A stretch of 64,000 nt of DNA from the human T2T-CHM13v2.0 reference genome, Homo sapiens. The notes under the pieces are model-generated. The model made no database searches. It saw nothing but the letters and a program-made list of their open reading frames with translations, and was not told where the DNA came from. Shown here one piece after another: positions 1-14,590 of this stretch. The position numbers and the translations under genes were made by a program. Each line of letters begins with the position of its first letter. Position 1 is the stretch's first letter. Location: the NCBI RefSeq assembly GCF_009914755.1, contig NC_060937.1. One strand, written 5' to 3'.

Positions 1-205
1 TGAAACCCCATCTCTCCCAATAATACAAAACTTAGCTGAGTGTGGTGGCACGTGCCTGTAATCCCAGCTGCCAGGGAGACTGAGGCATGAGAATGCCTCA
101 TTCTCACAGGAGGCGGAGGTTGCAGTGAGCCAAGATCATGCCACTGCACTCCAGCCTGGGCAACAGGGTGAAACTGTGTTTCAAAATAAAATAAAATAAA
201 ATAGA
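1..205 (+). mobile_element. Alu SINE, 3' part (5' end outside the window), (TAAAA)n tail
   Basis: tgaaaccccatctct...cctgtaatcccagct...ggaggttgcagtgagcc...ccactgcactccagcctggg followed by an A-rich tail. Confidence 0.97.
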
Positions 206-1169
206 TAAACAGGGAAACCGTTCTTACAGCATACACTTTAAGAAAAAAAAATGTTATCAAATTAAGCTAAGGGTTCACACTAGTGAGTGAAGGATAGGAA
301 GCCAAAAGAGAGAGTGAATCGTAAATTTCTCTCAATTCTGTTCACAGATTTCATTTCCCAAAGTGCCAAATTATTTTGGTTTCACTAGACTTAATCCCAA
401 ACTCAAAACTTCACTTCATTAAAATAGCAATACCTGACATTCTCTGAGGCTATTTCAGACCGTTTTAAACCTTCAGCAAAGCCCTTTTAATAGTTTCAAA
501 CAAGTTACACATCAAAAGAGCTATCGAGGCTGCCTGACAACAAAACTCATTACATGACATAAATGTACCGCAAAACCTTAGCAAATCAGATGTTTATTCA
601 AATATAAAAGTTTTTCCCCACTAAAATACTTAAAAGAACGTATGATGTGGAAATATCACATAAAATGCCCTTTTAGACTATCTTGCCTTGTTTAACATAC
701 TCATATTTGTGAAAAAAACCAATTTACCTCTGCAAATTGTGTAATCATCAAAATGAATGCTTTAGCAAATCTCTTTGTTTCCTTTTCTACCACCCCATGC
801 ATGTTGTAACATGATTTCTGATTTTGTGACCTGGAGCTGATTTTTTTTTTTTTTGAAACCACGAAGATCTGTTTGGCATCATCCACGTGAGTATCCGCCC
901 TGCTGAAGAGCCCTCCACTCTATTCCCAGCACTCCAGTTTGATGGAAGAGCCTTTCAACCTTCCCACGTCAGAATGCATTCTGATGTCAGACTTGTTCTT
1001 ATCATGATGAAGACCATAGTCTTACTTATTCTAGAAAAGTATTTGGTTACATGCTAACAAACCTACAATAAAAATCAGGAAGAATACTTATAGCCTATGT
1101 TACTGGACTATTTTCTACGTAAGAATTAGATAAACTCTAAAATCTCACTAAGTTCACTATCACTAACAC

Positions 1170-1802
1170 TGATGCAGGATTTTTCTTCTTGGTCATTTTG
1201 CAAGCCGGGGACCCCCGGCCAGTGACACTCCACCCGGGCCTCGCTCGGCCACGCTGGCATGCCCCAGCTCACCTATGTTATAGCTTGTACCTGCATTCGG
1301 TGGTTCCCGAGCTCTGGTACTGCACCCAAGAAGAATAAGGATACGCTGGGCATTGAAGTGGTAAGGAGGGCGAAGAAGAGTTTTATTGAGCAATGAAAAC
1401 GGCTTTCAGCGGAGAAGGGATGCATGGTTGGTCCCCCTACGCAAAGGCAGGAAAGTTCCCCCAAGTGGTTGGGTCTGGGGCCTGTTATGGACTCAGAATG
1501 GGGAGTGCATGCTGATTGGTTTGTGAGCATGTAAAAAAGGTTAAAGCAAAGACACCACTCAAAGGTGGGCACGACAGTGTAGAAAACCAATTAAGAAAGG
1601 GTAGGTATATGTAAAATAGGTGAAGGGTAGGGCCCAATCAGAGGAAAGCTTGCCAAACAGGAAGACAAGTTCTCAATCCGGTGGGAGGGTTTAACTTGCA
1701 GCTTGGCTTTCAGGCTTTAAACTGTCTTTGGCTTGGAGGTGGGGTTTCACCAGGGACCCACCCCTATATGCCGAGGCATTTTCCTGCCTCCTGTTGCTAT
1801 CA
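1170..1802 (-). mobile_element. ERV1 solo LTR (LTR29/MER48-like)
   Basis: TG...CA termini; 4-bp TSD ACAC at 1166-1169 and 1803-1806; the minus strand begins TGATAGCAACAGGAGGCAGG...GGTGAAACCCCACCTCCAAGCC; subfamily from memory. Confidence 0.8.
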
Positions 1803-2296
1803 ACACTAATAGATCATCCTACAGTAGTGATTGTACCATCATAAATATCAAATACGTTTTAAAGGCATGTTTTCCACTATGAAAGTAACACTAAAGAAGA
1901 AAACAAAATTTTATCATGGTTTTATACAGTGACTCTTTCAACAGTGACTAATTCTTATATGGAAATTTCAGGGCTTAGGCACTTTCCCTCCAATCTACAA
2001 GTTTTTCCTCAATGTAACTTGCCTTGAGATGTGATGATAAATGATTGATACCCTATTTAGTTACCGGGCTCAGTATTTACTGATATTCAATACATACTAA
2101 TTGATAATGGGTTTTTTCTCTTCAGTATGTACTAGTGTCTAATATTTTTATTCATGCTTTATCATTCACTTGAAAATAATGATTACAAATAAGTTATATA
2201 TCCTTCACAGCTTCAAACTCATAAAAAAACAATTTTAGTGGAAAACCTGCTGGTTTCTAAAAACAAATAGTAAAGGAAGCTTTAGAATTTAATGTA

Positions 2297-2298
<2 letters not shown>

Positions 2299-2341
<43 letters not shown>
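2299..2341. repeat. (TG)21 microsatellite
   Basis: Uninterrupted TG run read directly. Confidence 0.99.
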
Positions 2342-2343
<2 letters not shown>

Positions 2344-3929
2344 CAGCCTGCATGTTGACTTGTGGAGTTGTTTACTCTGAAGCCTACAATCATTTAATTA
2401 TTTGTTTAAACCAGTATGGAAGCTTCTCACTATGGTGTTTTAATTTATGGCCTCAATCTGTACTAAAGATTTGTTAGATAACCTCACCCCTCCTATTCGG
2501 TCATGACTGATAAAAGTGTCAAATAATCTCATAGGGAAAGGCAACACTATCCATGTAACACTTCACATTTTACAGCCAGCTTTCATATCGCAGAAATCAT
2601 AAAACAAAGATGTTGATTAGCTCTAAACATTTCAGAAATCCCCCAAAATTTGCAACCTTTTCTACTCGGCAAACAGCCAGGCATTTATAGGACAATCTTC
2701 AAAAAATCAATTGGACTGTGAAGGGTTAATCTGACCAAGAATAAACAGACCACTTCTGGTGAAACTGTAGGGAACTATTTTCAACTATAACAGAAGGAAA
2801 ATAACTGAGTTTCATGAGCATATTGGAACTGGCACGAGATTTCAAAGCCATCCCATTTAGTAGTGCTTATACCAATACAGCACAGCATTACAATGCTTTA
2901 AATCGAACATCGAAATGCCAGTATAATAATTATCTCTACCATTCTCTAAGGTAGTGACTAAATAAAGTCAAAAACATTCTTAAAGCCAAAATAAATATAA
3001 GCCTGTTTCCACTTTCAAAATAGCTGTACCTTTGGTTGGAAATCATCCCAACCCGGCTCTATCTGACCCATACTAAGACTGGACCACCTCGGGGCTTCCT
3101 GTAGGCTACTATTGTCCTGTCTTATTAACTTTAAGATCAGCTATGAATTCCAAAACGTTTATGTCTCTTCTATACAGTGCAAGTCCTTTATGAAAAATCC
3201 CCTTTTTCAATCCATTGCAGGAACCAAGGGCGGGTAATATCAGAAGAAAATCGTGCGATGAAAATGAAGATCAGAAGCGCATACTGAACAAGCAACTGAC
3301 TTTGTTAATCTCTTGAAAAATAGCATCAAGGGGGATGTTTTTAAATTAAAGAAGAATGATTTTGCTTTTCATTCATTGTTGTTTTTCTTCCTGCAATATC
3401 TCTGGAGGCATGTGATTTAAGGATTGTGAAATCAGTGGGCATAGAGTAATGTGATATTTAACACAGACAGCTCTGGAGTAAGACAGTCTAGGTTTAAATC
3501 CTGGCTATGAGAATGGAGAGAGGGCACATAAAGTTCTTTGCATCATGGCTGGCACACAGTCTGTGCTTAAAAAAATGATATTATTATTATTACAAATAGT
3601 GTTTCACACAGATGTTGATTGGATAGACAGATGCTTGTTTCAAATAAAAGAAAACAGTTCCTGCAGGCAAACAGCTCAATTGGTATAGACATAAGTCTCT
3701 TGTTCCACCTGTTTGCCATTATTTATCTGCCTGAGAAGACTATGAAATGTTGAACCAGAAAATACCCAGAAAAACAACAGCCCAGAAGATCAGTGCAAAA
3801 GAACTGGGATAATTAGAAAAGCTGGCTATTCTAGTTCTGGCTTTAATGTGCTCAAATTTCAAACCACGCAGTGTTTTAAAAGTCAACCCATAAAAATCCT
3901 TCAATCCTAGGAGTTTCCCTCCTAGCCTC

Positions 3930-4469
3930 TGAAGGCATTCAGAACCTGTCACCCCAAAATGTGGCATATTGATTATTTTGAGCTAAAAGAAATGAAGAAC
4001 AAGCCACCACAAGAAAAGTTATTTACCTCCCCATCAACTGCCTAAAATAAGATATAAATTTCCCCTTTCATATAGGAAATTTACATTTATAAGGAAAACT
4101 TACATTAGTAACTAGTTATCTGTACCAGGAAGAGAGCTACTCTGAGAAAATTTGCCACCTGAGAGACTTAACTACATAACAAGACAAGCTTCCTTCACTA
4201 TGCATTTCCCCTACCCCTTACTTTCCCATAATTTACCTCCACCACCACACAGAAACACCCCACCCTTACTCCACTTCTTACCTCCACCACCACACAGAAA
4301 CACCAAACCCTCACTCCACTTCTTTGAGTCTTATATTTTTGTGGGACTCCCATGTGTATGTATATAATTAAAATGGTTTTTCTCCTGTTAATCTGTCTTA
4401 TGTCAATTTAATTCATAGACCAGTCAAAGAACCTAGAAGGATAGAATGAACAATTTTTCCTCTCCTATA
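3930..4469 (+). mobile_element. ERV1 solo LTR, MER34 family
   Basis: Starts TGAAGGCATTCAGAAC..CACCCCAAAATG.GGCATATTGATTATTTTGAGCT; ends ...AGAACCTAGAAGG...CTCCTATA; near-TSD CCTC/TCTC. Confidence 0.75.
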
Positions 4470-4518
4470 TCTCTTAGTGTTGGAGATTTAAAGATCTCTA
4501 TCTTAAAATCTATTGGGC

Positions 4519-4954
4519 TGTTAAATAAAATTTATAGGAGTCCACTGATGCGGGCGGAGCTCCTGCACCAGGCCCAAGAGACTAAATCAAAATGGAGTGA
4601 TTCATGCTGAAGTTCCACACCAACAAGCTGAAACTAAGTTGTATTCCTTCTGAGAAATCAGGAGAGAGAGAGATAATAGCCAAATCTCCAAACAGGCCAG
4701 GTTAGCTTGAACATGATAAGAAAGTCTCCTCCGCTTTAACCTTTACAAGGAAAGTAACTTTGAAATGACTAATACGCTTTTTCTCTGTTGCTGCTTTCCT
4801 CGGCCTCTCTCTGTCTAAAACCCAACCTCCTCTGCTCAGTTTATCAGACCATTTATTCTATTTTATATGCTGAGGTGTTGCCCAATTCTAGAATCACAAC
4901 TAAAAGCTAATTAAGATCTTTAAACTAAATTTGTTGTGATTTTGGCTTTTGACA
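4519..4954 (+). mobile_element. Solo LTR (LTR47/MER57-like)
   Basis: TGTTAAATAAAATTTATAGGAG...AAGATCTTTAAACTAAATTTGTTG...TTTGACA; 4-bp TSD GGGC on both sides. Confidence 0.75.
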
Positions 4955-4999
4955 GGGCTAATAATAATGATACATGTCTCATTTTCATTTCAAAGCACT

Positions 5000-5150
5000 T
5001 GCAAGTAGGAATTATTCTACTTCATTGATTAAGAGATTGAGAGTCAGAAAGTTTTGATAATTTATCCAAAGTACACACCTACCAAGTGGTAAAGCCGGGA
5101 CTCAATTCCAGGTCTTAGATTGTGCTTTCAGAGTAACTTGACCATTACTT
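5000..5150. mobile_element. MIR SINE fragment
   Basis: Degenerate MIR core (attattctacttcattgattaagagattgagagtcagaaag...gggactcaattccaggtct). Confidence 0.6.
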
Positions 5151-6959
5151 CAACAACAACAAAAGTTGTATAGAATAGCTACTATATTGTCAGGCCCTGT
5201 TTGTTTCTAGAAATACAACTGTCAATACTGCCCTCAAACTGTTGTTGATCATCTAATACAAAAGACAGACAAACACACACACACTGTGAAAACTGTGGAT
5301 TCCTGGGACCCATCCCAGATTCAATAGATCTTGGTTAGGTGCCAGCAATCTGCACTTTTAGCAAGTCTTCCCAGGGTAATTCTCTGAGACAACACCTGGA
5401 GAAGGATTATAATGGAGTCAGGTTTAGAAACAGAAAGGAAGTTTTCCTAGGAAGATGATTCCTAAGTTGAGTTTTGAAGAATCAGTGGGAGTTGGCTAAG
5501 CAGAGTGGCAATGAAGAGAGAACAGTTTAGATATAAAAACAGAATCAATCAAACTTTTGAGAGATGGAAATCACTTGGAAAAATAGCAGTTTGGTGTAAC
5601 TAAACTAAAAGGAGGTAGAGGGGAAAAGACTTAGAGGAAATAACTATAGAGGTAGATAAGGCCTAGATTCCTAGAAGCAAACAGAAAACCAGGGCAGCTG
5701 GAGGTGGGCTATGAGCACAGGAACAAAGGGGCCCGACCATGGGTCGCTGCCTCCCATTCTCCTTGGAATCTCAGGTTGTGCTATACAGAGACTTGTGTAA
5801 GTTTATTCCTGAATAATTAGATTTCCCTTGAAATGGCCTGATTCCATTAAAATGTGTCTCTAAGGAGCATTTGAACCAAGCCAGTAGCAGGCTTCAACAT
5901 ACAAAACACATATTTTACTATGAAATGGTGAATCTTCAAATTAAGTAAGTCAATAGAAGTTACAAAGCTAATGAAAGTGCAGCAAAGCTGAACCCCAATT
6001 AGTAGCCCTTAATCTTCTGCTCTTTGCCTTTCCCAATCTGAAGTTCTTTCCCCTCAGGTAAACTGAGCAAATGTAAAATCATTATGCCAATGACCTTGTC
6101 CTGCTTAGAGGCTTCCTGAATCTAAACCGTTGTCAATATTCCCTGGGCTCCAGGTATTAAGAGCACACCTCTTTAACATGCACCCTCTCCACTTCACTCA
6201 CAGGGAATGACGTCTGTTCTCCAGAGTCTTTTTGAAGAAAGTGCTAGAACAGAATGAATGTATCCAATGACACAGAAACATGCAAACTTGTTTAGTGGCA
6301 TGGTTATTGATTGTTAGGGAAAGAAAAGAAGGCTGACTTTGCGACTCAGGAAGATGGAGAGGCTCAATTTTAGCTGTCTGAGGCAAAGAAGCAGTGGAGT
6401 TTATCTGCAGCCAAATTTAGACCTCTCTGTCAGCCAGCTGGGGGTATTCCCACATGAAGGGCTAATACAAGAGATTCCATTAAGCAGAAGAAATTACCTG
6501 GTGGCCGGCTGCTTCTGCGTCTTGCATTATTTTCATGTGAACAGTTATTTTTTTTCTTGCGAAACTTTCCCATTTACTGCAAGATGTTTGTCATTCCTAC
6601 ACTAATGCCAGAAGTGGCCACCGGTCATTATGACAATCCAAAATAACTCCCACATTTCCAAACTGTCCCTAATGGAGATGCTAGTACCCCAACCCCACCT
6701 TGAGGACCACTGAATAGAATCTTAAATCCCTGGCAGGGACCAACAAGCTCATCAAGTTCCACATCTCCATTTTGTAGTAAAGTGAAATCCATTCTAAACT
6801 TTATTAAGTAGGGACAGGCCTAGAACACAGTTTTCACGACTCTCATGCAAACACTTATTCTCTAAATCTTGAGGGTGCCAAACTCTAAAAAACTTCGCTG
6901 CTTTCCTACTGAAATCTCTCATTTACATCATCTAAAAACTCTCTGTTGAACAAGTAAAT

Positions 6960-7900
<941 letters not shown>

Positions 7901-8009
7901 GCATCATGCATGTTGGAAGGCTCAGTGAGGGGAGGCCACTTATGGAATGGGGCGGGGGAAAGGGCAGCTTTGGGATCTCTTTCACAAAGGACTTCACATT
8001 TAACTTCAA

Positions 8010-8500
8010 AGCAGGTTATGCCCACGGTCACAGAGATCCACCCAAGTGGTTGAACTCGAGATTTTTAATCATTTGAGCTTCCTTCATAGAAACCCCAAGT
8101 AACAGTGGTGGCTTAAATAACATAAGGGTTTCTCTTTTTTTTTAATAAAATAAAACAATCCTAAGGTTGGTCATTCTTAAGTTTGGCCAGCATAACAGCA
8201 CAAGGAAATCTCAGCTGAAAACTCTTGGGAATATCTGGCCCTCCCTCATGGTCATGCTGTAGCGTCTTTGCAACATTACAGGCAAGAAGGGAGAAGAGAG
8301 AAGGGCCAAAGGACAAATGCTGGTTGGGTTTGACCTCCCATTAAAGAGCTCTCCCTCAGTTACCTCCAGATGACATTCACTTAAGTCTCACCGAGCAGGT
8401 CTTTACCTCAAGTCAATCCCTTTTGCAATGGGAGCTAGGAAATGTAGTTTTTTAACTGGGTATAGTGCCATTCCAATAAAATTGTAATGCTAGTAGGGAA
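8010..8500. mobile_element. Old MaLR LTR (MLT1J/K-like)
   Basis: Degenerate MLT1 motifs (aacagtggtggcttaaataacataagg...tgcaatgggagctaggaaatgtagtttt). Confidence 0.5.
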
Positions 8501-8539
8501 AATATTATGTAAGTAACCCAGTTCTGGTATTTCTTCCTT

Positions 8540-8812
8540 TTTTATAATAGACTTTAATGGTTAGGGCAATTTTAGGTTAACAGAAAAATTGAGCAGAAAG
8601 CACAGAGTTCCAATATACCCCTTCCCACACTCACACTTACCCAGTTTCCCCTATTATTCACACCTTGCTTATTGTGGTACGCTTGCTATAATTGGTGAAG
8701 CAATATTTATACACTATTGTTACTAAAGTCTATAGTCTACATTAGGGTTCACTGTTTGTGTCATACAGTTCTATGGGTTTTGACAGATACATAATGTCAT
8801 GTTTCTGCCACA
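8540..8812 (-). mobile_element. L1MC 3' UTR fragment
   Basis: ttttaggttaacagaaaaattgagcagaaag.acagagttcc...attagggttcact...ctatgggttttgaca. Confidence 0.8.
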
Positions 8813-9388
8813 TTTTTAAAAAAATATCAGGGCCTTCAAAAAAAAATGGAGGTGGCCCAGGATTTTCTTGCCCTCAATTGGATGCTGCTAAGAAAATCAT
8901 CTTCAAAGCAAAGTATTTTTATTTCAACAAACAATGCGGTAAGTTGGACCACCTTTGTGTCATGAAGAAAGAAGAATGACAAATACAATTTCCAGGAAAA
9001 AAATATGTCTCCAAGGCCTTGCAGACACCTTGTCCCCTGGGATGGGGCAGGTCAGAACACTGGCCAGGAGTGCAAGGTCAAGGCTGGGGCCTCCTGCTTA
9101 GGTCTATGGGCGGCGGAGGGGGGCAAAACTGCAAAACTGGTCTAGCATCTCTCTTTAGAATGTGGGGCTACTCACCACCAAAAATTCTCAGCATTGGGTG
9201 CTCACCCCACGTGAAACGACATGCAGGATTCAGGGATGTTGTAGCAAGATCATCCTGGTTGCTGTGTGCAGAATGGAGAGGAAGAAAGCAAGATTGGAAG
9301 CACGGAGACCAGTGAGGAGGCTACCTGAGTAGTGTGGATGAGAGATGCTAATATTGTGAATGGTGTTTATTGGTTTTGGGTGCTTGGA

Positions 9389-10094
<706 letters not shown>

Positions 10095-10689
10095 TGACCG
10101 CTGATTTAGAAGCAAATTAAAGACAAAGCATGAAGGACTTAATTATAATTACAAAACCGAAAGTAAGCTTTATAAACCTTTACATAACACTAACCTAATC
10201 ATAATACTGATAGAAATCAAGAAGTTAAGAAGAGGTGATCCTGACGGTGGACAAGAAACTTTTACCTGTCGTTTCAAATTATACGACATTTTAATTTTTT
10301 AAATCTAAGAATAATTGTAGCTACTACTTGTTGAGTTCTTGTAATCTACAAGATATGGGGCCATAAAATCATTCAGGAGCTAATGACATAAGCGTGATAT
10401 GATTTGCTGACTGTGATCACGTGGCCATCCTTGTTAGGAACTGGGGAGATCTTTGTTAACAAAAATGACCAGGGAAGAGCTCCAGGAGGAGTCGGCATGG
10501 GTGGGAAAGGATCCTAGGACATGGAAAAGCAGATGACAGTAAGAAGAGCATCCCAAGCAGAAAGAATGACCCATTATGCATCAAGGGCAGGTAACCAGCC
10601 TCAGTAGAGGACTGGAAGTCAGAACGGCAGTTCTCAGCCTGTGGGCCTAGGACTCCGGCTAAATAACAATTGTTAAGAGGTCTAATACT

Positions 10690-11600
10690 GGGAACTCCAT
10701 TCTCTGACCACAGAGCTTTGAACAAAAGGATGAGGGAGACAGGGTTTATGGAGAGGTGGAGCATCCCAGCCGCACTACAGAAAGTTAAAAATGCCCTGCT
10801 AAGTAATACTTGGGTTAAAGAGACAAGGAAATACATTTCATATGTTTTAGAAATGAACAAGAAAGTTACACATTAAAACTTCTAGGTCAAGGTGGTACTT
10901 ACGGTACAATTTACAGCCTCTTCCAGGAAATACAAATTATCAAAATTAGTTTTAAAAGAAATAGAAATACTGAATAACCCTTAAACGTAGACAACATAGA
11001 CAATACTGAAAATTTTAAGTAGCTACGTTACAAAGGGGCTCTCCTTCCAAGAAATACATAATTCCTGTCATATTTAAGCTGTTTCAGAGAATAGAAAAAT
11101 ACAGTTTTCCAAATAATTTTGCAAGACTAGCATGACCTAGATATCCAAATTGGACAGAAACAGAAAAAAGAATCATAGACAAATATGACTTATGAAGCTA
11201 GTGCAAATATATGGGACTTTATGCATTAATAAATTAACTCTAGCCTTCTGTTAAATAATAACACATCATGACTAAGTAGGGCCGATTCCAGGATGTTTTA
11301 ATATTAGGGAAATCTAGAGGAACAGATTAAAAGAGAAAAACCCATACATCATCTTGATAGATGGCAAAAAACATTTAGTAAATTTCACTTCACTTTCATG
11401 ATGCAGGAATGATATCTTAATACTAATTCATTGAGAAAAATACAAGATGAAACACTATAAATCCGTTCAATAACACTTTTAAATGGATTTGACTTTTCTT
11501 AACCACAACAGCTAATTTTATAAAAGGTGACAAGCAGGAGGCTTCAGCAAACTACCTAGTGAAACATTAGAGGGGTCGCTATTGATTCCTAGAGAAATAT
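10690..11600 (+). mobile_element. Fragmented old L1M ORF2
   Basis: Degenerate ORF2 motifs (ccattctctgaccaca, ctaagtaatacttgggttaaagag, catcttgatagatggcaaaaaacattt). Confidence 0.6.
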
Positions 11601-11614
11601 AAAAAGGTCGTTGT

Positions 11615-11915
11615 GGCCGGGCACGGTGGCTTACGCCTGTAATCCCAGCAGTTTGGGAGGCCGAGGCGGGCGGATCACGAGGTCAGGAGATGGAGACCAT
11701 CCTGGCTAACACGGTGAAACCCGTCTCTACTAAAAATACAAAAAAAAAAAAAATTAGCCGGGCGTGGTGGCAGGCGCCTGTAGTCCCAGCTACTCAGAGG
11801 CTGAGGCAGGGGAATGGCGTGAACCCGGGAGGCGGAGCTTGCAGTGAGCCGAGATCGCGCCACTGCACTACAGCCTGGGCGACAGAGTGAGACTCCATCT
11901 CAACAACAACAACAG
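11615..11915 (+). mobile_element. AluY, full length, (CAA)n tail
   Basis: AluY diagnostics (accatcctggctaacacggtg, aatggcgtgaacccgggaggcggagcttgcag); CpG-rich; TSD aaaaggtcgttgt / aaaaggtcattgt. Confidence 0.97.
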
Positions 11916-12039
11916 AAAAGGTCATTGTACCTCAATGACCTGTTGTGCTAGGGTAAAAATAACACCCAAAATCTCAGAGCCTTACAACATAGGTTTATTG
12001 CTCACAATTCATGGCAACAACTTATCAAGTTTGATTTTG

Positions 12040-12450
12040 TCCCATGTCACATTATTGACCCAAAAATTCCACTTCTTTTTGTCTTTATCATACAAACATC
12101 CCACATATGTACAAATACATTTGTATAAAGATGTTCATTGAAGAATTGTTTACAATAAACTTTTGGAAGCATCTTAAAATCTATCAGTAGGAAAATAGCT
12201 AAACAAATTACAGTAAGTCCCTACCATGGACCAAGGAAATTTATTTTTATAAATTAACAAGATCTATGACTGCAGTAAGGAAAGACCTGGAAGGATACAT
12301 AGAAATATAAGTCATCCCTGGGCAGGGTGTAGAATTGGGAAGTGTAATGGAGATGTTCTCTTTTCTAACTTTATACTTCCATGTTGTTTGAAGTTATTGT
12401 ACAATAAGCATACATTACATTTTTATTTGAAATTAAAAATGAAAATTTAT
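12040..12450 (+). mobile_element. L1ME-type 3' end fragment
   Basis: aaagatgttcattgaagaattgttt...ctatcagtaggaaaatagctaaacaaattacagta. Confidence 0.55.
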
Positions 12451-13759
12451 AATAATCTATATCCTTATATATTTTGTCTTCTAACTTTGAAATATATTTT
12501 TATATACTCTGATTATTTTATCAAGTTCTTGTGCTTCTAGGAGATTTTATGTTTTTCCATTATATTGTTACATAAAAGTTTAAAATGATGATAATTTCTT
12601 CTTTGCAGATTGTACCTTTAATCATATTATAATCCTCTATGTCCCATTTAATTTTCTGAGATTTGAACTCTACTTTTTACACATTTGTATTGTCATTCTG
12701 GCTTTTATTTTGTTTGCATTTGCTGAGAGTGCTTTGCCTCCTATTTCGTTCGTGCCCTTTGCTAGTTATTTTTGTGTGTTACATCACCCCGATCTAGAAA
12801 GCATAAGTGAAGGTAGAAAAGTTACAGATTTAGTGAACCGTTGAAGCAATGGAATATGGTTCAAATAAGTTCTCTGAGAAGGTGGATGGTCATTCAGCTA
12901 GCTATTACATCTTACTAGGCAGATAAGGAAAAGTGTAGTGAAATGTTACATACTTGTTACCCTAGAATTTAAAACATGTTTATACTTATCCTTTAACTTG
13001 TTATCATAAAGTTGACCATATAAGCCTGCTTGCTGACAAGGGGAAAATGTTTTCCTATAATAGAGAAGGGTTTATTTTAATAGCTCCAAGAACTAGTGAT
13101 TTGTAACTTTGACACTAAGAATGTTTTACATAGGAAACTACTTTAAATTGTTTATGGTAGAAAACTGTGTGTGTTCTTTCATGTGATAAGCCACATTTGT
13201 CCTAGGAAGTTAATTTTGTCAACCAATCTATATCTCACTACGGTCCTGGCAAACTAGTACTAATTAACTCTACTTCTTTAAGAGATTGTGTAGGTTTTCT
13301 GAAAATAAAAACACAGCTTAAAATATTTCCTTCTATTTATGAATTATTGTAGAACAAAACACAAGTGACTCCAACAGATTAAAACACAAGGCACTTCCTC
13401 TATTTGCCATGGCATTAAGAATGGTATGAGGAAAGTAATATTTTATTAGGTTTACTTTAGGGATTATTTTTATAGAGTCTGCAAAGGACAAAGAATGGAA
13501 ATCAGAAGAAAAAAATCGTAGATATAGCTATCCCTCTTTTACACTGGACTCAGCTGCTGGAAGTGAAAGTTCTATCTAGTCCATTCTACTAAAATTTTTG
13601 CCCCTCACCAAATCCAAGGCCTTGTTACCACATCTAAGTGCATCTGTAACAACAAGATGAAATGGTAAACTGATTCTCTTTCAGGGTCCAGGCTCCATGA
13701 GACACGCTGGGAATGCAATGGACACATGTGCAAATTCCACTCTTCTGAGCTTTTAGGTT

Positions 13760-14045
13760 AACATGGATGAACCTAGAGGACATCATGTTAAGTGAAAGAA
13801 GCCAAGCACAGAAGGACAAATGCTGTATTCTCTCCCTCATGTGTGTAATCTAAAAAGTTATTCTAATAGCAGTATAGAGTACAATGGTGATTACCAGAGG
13901 CTGGGTAGAGTAGTGGGGAGGGGAGAGAGGGAGCGGCTGGTCATCAGGTACAAAGTTAAAGTTAGATAGAAGGAATAAGTTCTGGCGTTCTATTGCACAG
14001 TAGCGTGACTATAGTTAACAAGAATGTATTGGATATTTCAAAATA
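13760..14045 (+). mobile_element. L1MA-type 3' end fragment
   Basis: acatggatgaacctagaggacatcatgttaagtgaaa.aagcca...taccagaggctggg...aggaataagttctgg. Confidence 0.85.
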
Positions 14046-14049
14046 TGGT

Positions 14050-14380
14050 AAGGCATCACTTAACAATGAGGATATGTTTTTAGAAAAGCATAATTAGGCA
14101 ATTTTGTCATTGTGGAAACATCAGAGAGTGTACTCAAACAAACCTTGTGGTATAGCCTACTAAGCAGCTAGACTCTATGGTATAGGCTATTGCTCCTAGG
14201 CTACAAACCTGTACAGCATGTGTACTGAATACTGTAGCCAGTTGTTACACAATGGTAACTATTTGTGTGTCTGAACATAGAAAAAGTAAAGTAGAAATAT
14301 GGTACCATAATCTTCTGGGATCACTCTCATAGGTATGGTCCATCATTGACTGAGAGCTTGTTATGTGGCACATGACTGTA
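14050..14380. mobile_element. Tigger3a-like (TcMar-Tigger) non-autonomous DNA transposon
   Basis: gcctac...ctatggtataggctattgctcctaggctacaaacctgtacagcatg; ends ...gttatgtggcacatgactgTA. Confidence 0.85.
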
Positions 14381-14434
14381 CTTGCCTACTGTCAAGATCT
14401 GTGCTATCCTATAGGGTACCATTTGCCTCATGTA

Positions 14435-14590
14435 ATTATTTAAGTTTGAGTTAAACAAAATTTGAAAGTCAGTGTATCGGTTACAATAGCCATATTTCGA
14501 GTGCTACATGTGGTTAATGGCTACCTTATTGGATAGGACAGATGCAGAACATTTCTCTCATTGCAGAAGATTCTATTGGACAGCACTGCT
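14435..14590. mobile_element. MER3/MER33 hAT fragment
   Basis: atagccatatttcgagtgct...gcagaacatttc...ttctattggacagcactg. Confidence 0.75.

Noticed and set aside
701-886. 61-aa minus-strand ORF with a GAG|GTAAAT donor near 728
   Set aside because: No credible upstream acceptor (A-rich), poly-Lys derives from a T run, and no recognisable protein
1166-1806. Same ACAC TSD at this LTR and at the LTR12 (57535-58214)
   Set aside because: Different LTR families 56 kb apart; a 4-mer coincidence, not the two ends of one provirus
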